Part shown: positions 26,401 to 38,400 of the stretch, piece by piece
Layout: the number at the start of each line of letters is the position of its first letter
How positions within the stretch are numbered: position 1 is the first letter of the stretch
From: Mobula birostris
Lineage: Eukaryota
Direction of reading: 5' to 3'
DNA: 64,000 nucleotides
NCBI RefSeq assembly: GCF_030028105.1
Contig: NC_092374.1
Span: 171,950,432-172,014,431, forward strand
The notes under the pieces: model-generated
Databases searched by the model: none
What the model was told of the DNA's origin: nothing
What the model saw: the letters and a program-made list of their open reading frames with translations, nothing else
Position numbers and translations under genes: made by a program

Positions 26401-29400
26401 GGACAGAAGGTCATGGAAGAAAGAAAAGGAGGGAGGAGCACCAGAGGGAGGTGATGGAGATATGGTGAGAGAGGATAAAGGGGGATGGGGAGGTGAGGGG
26501 AGCCCATGACAGAAGTTCGAGAAATTGGGTTGGCAGCTACCCAGACAGAACTTAGGGTGGGGGTTGTTCCTCCAACCTGAATATGGCCTCATCACAATCT
26601 GATAGAAGTGTATAAGATGAAGACCACGTGGATAACCAGAGGCTTTTTCCCCCAGGGCTGAAATGGCTAAAGAGGGGACATAGCTTTAAGGTGCAATGTG
26701 GGGGTGTCAGAGGTAAGTTTTTCCACAGAGTGTGGTGGGTGTGTGGAATGCACTGCCAGCAGGTCTTTTAAGAGACTTAGATAGGGCATTGGCTCTTAGA
26801 AAAATAGAGGGCTATGTGATAGGGAAATTCTAGGCAGTTTCTAGAGTAGGTTAGAAGGCTAGCACAACATCGTGGGCCAAACAGCCTGTAATGTGCTGTA
26901 GATTTCTATATTCTATTTCACGTGCCTAGAATCGTCTCTTAAAACCACATAAGATGCACGTGGGCAAACCATTCAGGTATCGGAGCTATAACCATAACTC
27001 CCATTTCTGAAGCATCCAGATCAGCCACTAGAGCAGGGGTTTCCAATCCGTTTTATGCCATAGACCAAGGTCATTAAGCAACGAGTTCGTGGATCACAGG
27101 TTGAGAACCCCTGACCTAGAGAGATTAAATGAGTTGGGTTTGGGATCTCACAATGTTCACATTTGAGGCTAATATGCCATGGAGAAGTACCTCACAGACA
27201 CAAGGCTGAAAACCAGAATCTCTTTTCACTATCAGTTAAACATTTAAAATAAACTGCTCAAGAACAAAATGTTCAAAAGTTCCCAATTTGTAGAGAATAT
27301 TGAACTAGCGTTCTTATACCTACAGCTACAAAAACAAGCTGAGTTTTTTAGATTTGTAAACTAAGAGTTGATGCAAAGTGGCATCCAGTTATTTAAGTTT
27401 TAACCATGCGTCCACACATGATCACACTGCCCAACTTTTCCTATGCTACATCAACGACTGCATTGGTGCTGTTTCCTGCACCCATGCTGAGCTTGTCGAC
27501 TTCATCAACAACTTCCACCCTGCCCTCAAATTTACCTGGTACATTTCCAACACCTCCCTCCACTTTTTCGATCTGTCTCTCTCGGGAGACAGTTTATCTA
27601 CTGATATCTTTTATAATCCCATTAATTCCCACAGCTACCTGGACTATACCTCTTCCCATCCTCACTTGTAAAAATGTCACCCTTTTCTCAGTTCCTCCGC
27701 CATATCTGCACTCAAGGGTGAGGCTTTTCATTCAATAATTGAGATATCCTCCTTCTTCAAAGAAAGCTTTCCTTCCTCCACCATCAATGCTGCCCTCACC
27801 TGCACCTCTTCCATTTCACGCACATCTGCCCTCACCCCATCCTCCTGCCACACCAGGAATAGGGTTCCTCCCATCCTCATTTACCGCCTCACCAGCCTCC
27901 ACGTCCAGCACATAACTCTGCATAATTCCCACCATCTCCAATGGGATCCCACCACCAAGAACATCTTTCCCTCCCTCTCCCCCCCCCCCACTTACAGCAA
28001 GGATCGCTCCCTTCGCGAGTCCCTTGCCTTTTCATCCTTCTTCACTCATCTCCCTCCTCATGCTTATCCTTACAAGTGGAACAATTATTCAGGGCCCCAA
28101 ATAGTTCTTCCAGGTGAAGCAATATTTCACCTGTGAAGTATGTTGGGGTCATCTACTGTACCCAGTGCGGCTTCCTGTATATTGGTGAGATCTGACGTAG
28201 ACTGGGAGCAGGATCACCCATTTCAATTATACTTCCCATTCCTATTCAGACATGTCAATCCATGACCTCTTCTACTGTTGTGATGAGGCCACACTCAGGT
28301 TGGAGGAGCAAATCCTTGTATTCTGTCTGGGTACTGATGGCATGAACATTGATTTCTTGAACTTCTGGTAAATGTCCCCCTACCCCACCCCCGCTCTTCA
28401 GCATTCCCGTTTCCCTCTCTCACCTCATCTCCTTACCTGTCCGCCACCTCCCTCTGGTGCTCGTCCCCTTCCATTTCTTTGATCTTCTGTCCTCTATCAG
28501 ATTCCCCCTTCTCCAGCCCTTTATCTCTTTTACCAATCAACTTCCCAGCTCTTTATTTCACCTCTCCCCCTCCCAGTGTCACCTATCACCTACCACCTTG
28601 TACTACTTCCTCCCCTCCCCCCACCTTATTGCTGTGACTTCTCATCTTTTTTCTAGTCCTGATGAGGGGTCGCGGCCCGAAACATTAACTGTTTACTCTT
28701 TTCCTTAGGTGCTGCCTGGCTGTGCTGAGACCCTCCAGTATCTTGTGTGTGTTGCTTTAGATTTCCAGCATCTACAGATTTTTCTTGTGTCTGTAAGTTT
28801 ATGTAGCCTTTTAGGTCTCAAAGATATTTTTGTACTAAGTTCCAGAAGCTATAATGGATTACACTAATAGTACTTATCTTTCTGTTACTGCTTTTAGTCA
28901 AGCCGAGATACTTGCAATCCCATTACTGGTGGAATCAGCCCCATGCTTTTACCACTGACATATCAGACTCACAAAGTGTACACAAGCTTGTGGCCTGGTT
29001 ACAGCCCATGCTTAAGCTTTTACTTTCGAAAGTGATGCATTAAAAAAGGGACTCAATCCAAATGGACCATGCAACTGTTTCAGTAAGGCTCTTTCCATCC
29101 CTTCACTGATCCCCAAGGAATAAATGCGGCCTTTCAGTTTCCAACAGTAGCCAGTTTTCACGGTTCACTTTTGCTATTCTTTGCAACAAACTTACTTACC
29201 TTCACAAGATAAGCAGCAAATCTGACTTCAAGAAAACACAAGTTAAATATCTTACAGAAACAGAGCCTTTGCTAAACCTATACAATGTAATCTGGATTCC
29301 ATCTCTGGTATACATGTAACATAACTGCAAGTATTCAGAAGTTGAAAGGTCTACCACTTGTGGTAGAAACTTGGGCAGCAAACTCACTTCTGCAAATGAA

Positions 29401-32400
29401 AGTGGTTAAATGCCAAGTGCCCACAAAATGGATCCTTTCAAATTTCAGCTGAATGCATGACAGCAATGTAATTGATTTTTGTTTCTGGCGCTGAAAGAAA
29501 ATGAAAGGATTAATCATATTTGCTGTACCAGATTCCAAAACAAAGATTTTCTGGAGGGGTTTTTGAACACAAGCAGACACTCCCCAAATTGTCCTGCATT
29601 GCTTTACCTTCAAGAATTCAGTTTAGCATAGCCCACCACTGTCTTCTTCCCCACCCCCTCATTCCTGAGACAGAATTGTTAACCATCACTCTGATGTTAA
29701 GTTTTTCTATACTGTGGATCTCTCCAAAATATTACTGAAACCTAGGGAACTCTGCCTCTTGTTCCCCAATTCTGCAAAATAATATCTTATGAGGTGAATA
29801 ATTTATCTGTGTATATGGATAAATGGATAATTGATCAATCAGTTACTCAACTGAACATAGTAGCAGCAGAAAATATAATGCTATCAAAATATTCCCATGC
29901 AAAATATTAGCAAATTGTCTACAAGGCATTTAAACATGATTAACAAAAGTAGAAGCAAAAAAAAAAGTACCTAATTTCGCAAGTTCGCCAACCTCCAGTA
30001 CATCCTTGTAGAATTTGTCATTGTAACTTACAGGGAAGATTACTTGGTTTAACCGTTTCAGCTGTTTGATGTTGTGTGGAGTAACATCTCCAAGCTCAAT
30101 CCGGCTACTGAAACAAAACAAAGACATTATATTTAACTGCACTTAGAGTGCTATAGAGATCAAACATTAAGCACAGCACGGAAGGAGGCCGTTCGGCCAT
30201 GCAGATCTGCAAGGTCGTGCCAGTTACTCCCACTCCAACCTATATTGAAAAGGTGCTGCTGTGTATCATTTGGTTAACTGCCAGTTACCTTAAAACTGCC
30301 CTCTAGTTACTATAGTTACCACACCTCCTGCCACTGAGAAGTGTTTCCTCATTTACTCAGTCAATTGTTTGGGGCTCAGAATTATTCAGGTTTTGACCCA
30401 TCGCTACTTGGTTGTTTCAGGGGTTCGGTGGCGGGGAGTATACCCCTCAACAGTGGTGTGGGAAGGTGAACCAACGGTTTGCCACCTGGGTGGCCAAAGT
30501 ATGGATATCTAGAGACCATAAGGGAAACGTACGGAAAGGATTGAGAGACTTGAATGGTTTATTGTACATAATTTTATTTTTGAATAAAGTATACTTCTTA
30601 ATTTAAAAAAATTACTTTCCACAATGCCAGTGTCTTCTTTCAGGTTTATAAAGTCAGCTTGAATTGGAAAAATATAACATTTAAATTAAAAAAATTTAAA
30701 AACTGAAAAATAGGTCCTTAGTCATTTTTTTTTACTCTTATAGAGAACATGCCCAGCTTCTTCAATCCACCAGGTAAGATTTATTACATCATTATAATTC
30801 ACACCTCTTCCAGTAAATCTGTACCATCAGAACCTTCATGCCCTTCCTAAAGTATGCTGTTACAGCCCAGGGGCACCGGAGCTCAAAATTCAATTCTAGC
30901 ATTGTCTGTACATTCTCCTCGTAACTGCAGGGTATTGCTCTGGCTGGGTGCTCTGGCTTCTTCCCACAGTCCAATGACACACCAGTTAGTAAGTGAAATG
31001 GACATTGTAAGTTGTCCTGTGACAAGGCTGGTGATGTCTTATCTGTCAAGTAGGGGACGTGCACAATTCTGATTTGGTGGAGACGGACGTGAGAGTACGG
31101 AGGAACATCTGGAAAACTTCTGAAATGCCCGCTTCGCTGCCGCTGCTACTGTGTGGTAACCGGAATCTCCGGAGCAGAAGGCCCCGAAATCCTTGGCTTT
31201 TCGTGTTTCAGTGGCCGGGGCGAGGTCGAAGGCGCTCGGCAGAGGATGGCGCTCAGGAGGCTGTATTGGAGAGGCTGGTCAGAAGCTCGAAGTTTTCGGA
31301 CGGATGGACTCAGTGTCGGCTGTGGTTGGCTGCTTCTAAGGCATCGGCAAGTTGACAGTGCCTGGAGGTTTATAGCAGGGAGTTTCTCCCTTTTGCTGCC
31401 TGCTATTGGGGACTCGGGAGTCGATCGACTCGGGGACTTTTGAGACTTTATTTACCGTGCCCATGGTCTGTTCTTCATCAAATTATGGTATTGCTTTGCA
31501 CTGCTGTAACTACATGTTATAACTATGTGGTTCTGTCAGTGTTAGTCTTTGGTTTGTCCTGTTTTCTGTGATATCACTCCGGAGAAACATTGTATCATTT
31601 CCTAATGCATGTATGCATTTCTAAATGACAATAAAAGAGGACTGAGTGTTCTCATAATCTAAAAAAAACAGGTGGATTGCTAGGCAGCATGGCTCACTGG
31701 GCCGGAAGAGCCTGTTCTGCACTGTATCGTACATAATTAAATAATAGTACAGGAATATGAGGAAATTGGATGAAGCAATTAGGAGGACCTATTTTTCAGG
31801 TTTTTTTTAAATTTTATTTATTTATTTCAAGATATGGTGTAGAATATGACCTTCCAAGCCCTTTGAACTGTGCTGCCCAGTGGCCTAATTTAACCCTGGC
31901 CTGATCACCAGACAATTTACAATGACCAATTAACCTCCTCCTCAGTCTGTCCCTGGACTGTGGGAGGGAAAAAAGAGCACCTGACAAAAACCCACAGGGA
32001 GGACGTACAAACTCCTGACAGAGGACCCTGGGATTGAACTCCAAACTCTGACATCCCCTGCTGTAATAGTTGCTCTAACAGGTATGCTACCATAGCGCAT
32101 TCTAAAGGAGTTTAAATAGAAGTTGGGCATAGATTTAAAGTCATTGGTAGAGGGTATTGAAGGGAAATAAGGAAGAGCTTTGAGCCGAAGGACATTAACA
32201 AAACTCTCTCAAAACTTAATAGTACTTGGAACCAAGTACAGCAGCATGTTCAGTGCTGGGAGGTAGGATTAGGTTAGATAGCTCTTTTAATTGGCAGAGA
32301 CCAGGTTCACTGGCCTCATCATGCAGTGAAAATTTCACATGAATTTCCTTCACTGTCCTTAGCCATTTTTTTTTACTCTTATGGAGTACTTGCCCAGCTT

Positions 32401-35400
32401 CCTCAATCCACCAGGTAAGATTCCTCACATCATTATAATTCACACCCTTTCCAGTAAATCTGTACCCACCAGAACCTTCATACCCTTCCTAAAGCATCAA
32501 GGATCAATGATAATACATCAATATAAAAGTAACAATGTTTAGAAGTATCTGCTTCTTCGATTCACAGGTTGTTTCTAATGAAGTTTCTATCTTAATTAAT
32601 GGACTCTTTTAATACTGCACAGTGGTGGCACTGCTGCAGCTAGCCAGAGTGGCGAGGACAGCGTTATCAGTCATATTGGTTGCTTATGGTCTAGAACCAG
32701 AATCAATCAAGCTGCCCAACTCTCAAGCAACCAAGGTCACTTTAATTCAAATAATTTTAATGTAATTATTCTTCACCACCTGTCATCTTTGAATAAATCA
32801 TCCTGCTTTTATTGGGAGAGGTTTCTGTAGTTTATTTCCTCTATTCATTTAACACACACATTTCTGGGCAGTCTGATTTTCATTTGCAAGTGTAAAATAT
32901 CACATGTTGGATATCTGAATGAAAACAGAAAATGCTGCAAAAACTCAGATAAGGCAGCACCTGTGGAGAGAGAAACAGTCAATAACCTTTCATCAGCACA
33001 TGCTGATCAACTGGGGATGTTAATAGCTCATCTCCATAGATACCATTTGATCTGATAGGTATTCCAGCATTTCCCACTTTTACTTGTCATGCAATTGACT
33101 GTACATCCCACCCCAGGCACCACCCATGTTGTTCAATAATACTAATAACTGAAATAACTTGTACATGCTCCAAATTTGGACAAAAACAAACTATGTTCAT
33201 GCCCAGTATCACTACCCGCTAAAAATGATTCCATTTACTGCTTCAAAATGCTTGCAGAATCCCAACTATATTGATATTGATGACATGCCGACAGCTTCCC
33301 AACTCCAATATGGGGGTATTTATTTTTTTGGGACAGATTACCCCACTTTCAACCATACCTATGCAACCTTTAATAATCCATCTCTTCACTGAAGAACAAT
33401 TATATGAACTAATACAAATATGAAATAACCAAGCAAGGCATTGCGAAGGTTAAAGCTCAGACTAATTTCATCTATGCCATCTAATTCATATACAGGTGGC
33501 CATTTCCCAAACGTTCACTTTACAACACCTCGCTGTTACGAAAGACCTACATTAGTTACCTGTTTTCGCCAACAGGTGTTTTCACTGTTAAGAAAAAAGG
33601 CAGCACACGCGCCCGAACAGCCAAGCTCCTCCCCCGGAACTGCATTCTAGCCGGCACTGCTATAAACACGTGCTTTATCTCGATTTATTTTGTGCATCCG
33701 TTGGCAAGATGAGTTCTAAGGTATCAGAAAAGCCTAAAAGAGCTTGTAAGGGTGTTACACTTAGCGTAAAACTAGACATAATTAAACGTTTCGATCATGG
33801 TGAACGAAGTAAGGACATTGTCCGCGTGTTGAACTTGCCTGCATCCACCATTCGCATTATTTATACGCAGAGAGAAAGAATCTTGAAAGCTGCCGATGTT
33901 ACTCTTAGTCGGCATCCAATAATGGATAAAATGGAAAGTCTATCACTTGAGTGGATTGATGGGTGTACAGGGTGCTCCGCTAATTTTTCTTATTCTTCAG
34001 GAGAAATCAGTCAGTCTTTTTAATAAGCTGAAACAGAAAGCACTGGAGAATGGTGATGAAAGTGGAATTTAAAGGTAGTCATGGGTGGTTTGATCGGTTT
34101 CTGAGGCGAGGGCATCTTCATAGTTTAAGTAGTGGCCCCCAACCTCCGGGCCGCGGACCGATACATTGCCGCAAAGAATGCAGTGGTGCAGCAGTAGTCG
34201 GAACGCACCCAGCACATCCTTAAGAAAAAAGCGGAAATAAACTAGCTAATTAATTAGGTGCCACCCGGCAAGTAAATGTTGGCCCAGATCAGAGGCGATT
34301 GCCGATTGCGTCAGGTGGTTATTCATATAAGCAAGTATTTAACTGTGATGAAACTGCAATTTATTGGAGTCTTCCTGATTCTGGTAAGTGAAACTACACC
34401 GTACATACATTATTTCTACTTTATATAGGCTGTGTATTTTTACGTGTTACTTGGTACGATTTGGCAGCTTCATAGTTTAAAGGTTACTGGAGAGAGTGTT
34501 TCTGCCAAGTGCGCTTCCGTGAGATTTTCGCTGCACTAGACAGTGCTGCAGAAAAGTATTTCTACTTTATATAGGCTGTGTATTTATCATATCATTCCTG
34601 ATTTTACTATATGTTACTGTTATTTTAGGTTTCATGTGTTATTTGGCATGATTTTGTAGGTTATTTTTTGGGTCTCGGAACACTCAAAAACTTTTCCCAT
34701 ATTAATAAATGGTTACTGCTTATTCACTTTACGACATTCCGGCTTATGAACCGTTTCATAGGAATGCTCTACCTTCAGATAGCGGGGGAAACCTGTGCTT
34801 GTCAATTCCAAGAGTAGAATATTGCAGTCTTTACTTGATAATTGTAAAAGGAACATAATGGATATACTGCTCAGGGTAGGAAACATGTTGGATGAATTTG
34901 GGCCAAGACAGGACTTCAAGGAGTATAGAGCAGCAGTCATCAGGGACCCCCAACACCCAGGCTCTTCTCACTGCTGCCATCAGGGAGTCTCAGGACTTAC
35001 ACCATCAGGTTCAAGAATAGTTATTACTCCTCAACCATTAGGGTCTTGAACCAAAGGGGATAACTTCACTTGCCCCGTCACTGAAATGCTCCCACAACCT
35101 TTGGACTCACTTTAAAGGACTCCATCTCATGTTCCCAATAGTTATTGTTTATTTATTCTTATTTCTTTTTAGTTTTTGCACACTGGCTGTCCATTTGTTG
35201 GTACAGTCTTTCATTGATTCTATTATGGTTATTGGATTCTGAGTATGCCCACAAGAAAGTGAATCGCAGGGTTGTATATGCTGATATACGTTATTTACTT
35301 TGAATTCCAGCATTCATTCATTGCCGTTAATGCACTTGTACTGTATAACTGTACTTTCTCTGCACCTCTGTGCTTTCAAACTCAAGTACAAACCATGCCA

Positions 35401-38400
35401 TCAAGATACATATACTTTCAGCACCAGTATAGAGGAGACACATGGTCCATGAAGAACACTCAATTAAGGACACTGTGAAGAGGATGAGATGATTCAATGG
35501 ACATTTTAAATGGCAAAAAAATAGACAAAGGAGAAACATACATCAAGGGAATGGAGGAAGGTAGTAGAGGAATCTAAATGGCACAACACCTGCAAGAAAG
35601 GACTCATTCAAAACCTCTAGAATACATGGTAACCATATTGTCATAACAGCACTACCAGACAAAAGAGGAAAGTGGAATAAGATGGTCAGAGAAAAACATA
35701 TTCAAAACTTAAGTGAGCCAGAATCTACAAAGATCCAGCTTTAATGGGATGGTGAAGGAAGAAAAATTCCATGATACAAACCTAGCAAAATGGGAGAAAG
35801 CAGAAGACACAAGCTCAAGGGATGCACCTGACTGCATCACAGATAACCTATTTGTGAAAGAGAACTGAACACTGTCAATTCAAGTAGCAGGTGGAGGACA
35901 ACAACCCTAATAAACAGGACTGATGTTGGCTTAGCTTTGACAGCATATACAGTATATGGCGGCATATATGGCCTGCAATGCAGTCTGAATGCTTAGGCAT
36001 TAGATGCAAACTCTTATTTAAATTGTTGTCAGTTCCTACTTCCAAGGTGTGTTTTATATATATTAATTCTTGACTAGGGTGCTTAAATTCCACTTCAAAA
36101 GGTAATTAAGAGTTAACTAGAATCGGGTTTAGTATCATTGGTATATGTTGTGAAATTTGTAATTTTATAGCAGCAGTGTGGTGTAATACATAAAAATCAT
36201 ACTAATTTACAAATACTAAAAATAAGTACTGCAAAAAGAGTAAGAAGTGAGGTAGTGTTCATGGACTGATGGCAGAAGAGAAGCTGATCCGAAGATGTTG
36301 AATGTGTCAGGTTTCTGTACCTCCTCCCTGATGGTAGCATTGAGAAGATGGCATGTTGTGAATAGTGAGAGACCTTCATGATGGATGCCGTCTTCTTGAG
36401 GCATCGCCTATTCTGGATATCCTCGATCATGGGGAAGCTATTGCCCATGATGAAGCTGGTTGAGTTAAAAACTCTGCAGCTTTTTCTGATCCTGTGCATT
36501 GGCGTCTCCATACGAGACAGTGAGATAACCAGTCAGAATGCTCTCCACAGTATGTCTGATTAAATCTTTGTTAATATGCTCAAACTCCTAATGGTATACA
36601 GCCACTGGCATGCCTTCTTCATTTACTGCATCAATATGCTGGGCCCAGGATAGATCTTCAGAGATGTTGACAACATTGATGGGAACTACAGTCACCTAGC
36701 TACAAAGCTGTTGTAAACAGCAAGCTTCCTTCCTTAAAGCACACGAGTTGGTGCTTTGCAGATTTCTGGTCAATTTTACTGAGAGCAACTTTTCATTTTC
36801 GCACTAAAACTGATGCAGATTCTCAAAGTGCCATGAGGTTTGAAATCATTTAAACCAAACTTCAGTAACACCACAGTACATCAATTCCATAAATTTAATG
36901 ACTCACACTAGAAAACATTCAACACATAGATTGATGATGGCCAACATTTGAAAATAAAGGTAATTTGTATTGGTTTATTTTGAATACATTTGAGGAAAAA
37001 CGTGTTTTGACCAATGATTCTCCCATTTTCCATTTTGTCTACAAGCTCTATATTGACATTTGTGAAAATTTCTCCAAGCTTTAGCTCGTCATTGCTGGAT
37101 ATAATACATACAAACAACATATAGAAACTACAAGCTGTTGAGATTGTTCGGGCATTTTGCTAATAAAACTACTATTAGTATTTACGTATTACATGCTGAG
37201 TTTGCAGTGACATCTGTAAAGGACTACATTTAGAAAGGCTGAACAGGTGTTAACATTAAAATAGAATCATGATATGGGATTTCAATATGTACCGCTGACA
37301 GGAATAGGTTTTCCCTCCTTTGCTTTCAAACACAGAAAAATGAAATACAAAGTATTTCCATGTATTAAGGACTTCAAAGTAACTGCTTACAGTTTAGTCT
37401 TCAATCATTCAAATTCTATATACAGAACAATGGTTAGACTACACTAAATGCTCAAGGCACAGGTATCTTGAGCAAGTCATTTTCTCAAAATTCTGGAGTT
37501 GGGAAACATCAGAATCACCTTCCCTGTTGCCTGAATCCTTCTGTATCAAACATAAACTTAAAAGCAATTAAACTAGCAATATCACAGACCCATATGTACC
37601 TCCCAGGTATCTGCATTGTTCAGTACAGGATTTACATATGATTAGGAGACATGTTTTTGTTAAATATAAAAATATTGAACATGAAGACTTGCTCTAAACC
37701 ATGCTTTCGATCCCATCAGTGGAAAAGGTTACAAATCTGCAAGTGGGGACTTAATCAGAATGCTTAAAAGCTGATTCTCGCCCCCCCCCCAACCTCAAAT
37801 GGAGGGTAAACTAAGGGAACCAAAATGAATGGGGTAAGTGCATAATGGTCATCAAGGCAAAGTGCCAGTCATGGTCTAGGACAATACAGGTCTGACTCAG
37901 AAGTTAGTCTCAAGTTCCACTTTAAGGTTATAAGTCCAGAACTTGGGCACCTTCAGCAGCACTGTGTTAGTAATGGAACTCTCTGAAGTGAGTATTAAGA
38001 TCACAAGGTAATAGTTCAACATTTTGTGCCTATACTTATCTCGTAATCAAATACAACTGCAGAAGGTTCCGATGGAGTACCTGGTAAGGCTCTGAAAACC
38101 TGTGCGAACCAACTAGCGGGAGTATTCAAGGTCATCTCAACCTCTCACTGCTACAGGTAGAAGTTCCCACTTGCTTCAAAAAGGCAACAATTATACCAGT
38201 GCCAAAGAAGAATAATGTGGGCTGCCTTAATGACTATTGCCCAGTAGCACTCACAGCAACAGTGATGAAATGCTTTGAAAGGTTAGTTATGACTAGACTG
38301 AACTCCTGCCTCAGCAAGGACCTGGATCCATCACAATTTGCCTATCGTCATAATAGGTCAACAGCAGACACAATCTCCATTTCTCTTCACACGGCTTTAC

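Noticed and set aside
33670-34023. TIGD/CENP-B-like domesticated gene
   Set aside because: Short, internally deleted ORF inside a TIR-bounded multi-copy element.
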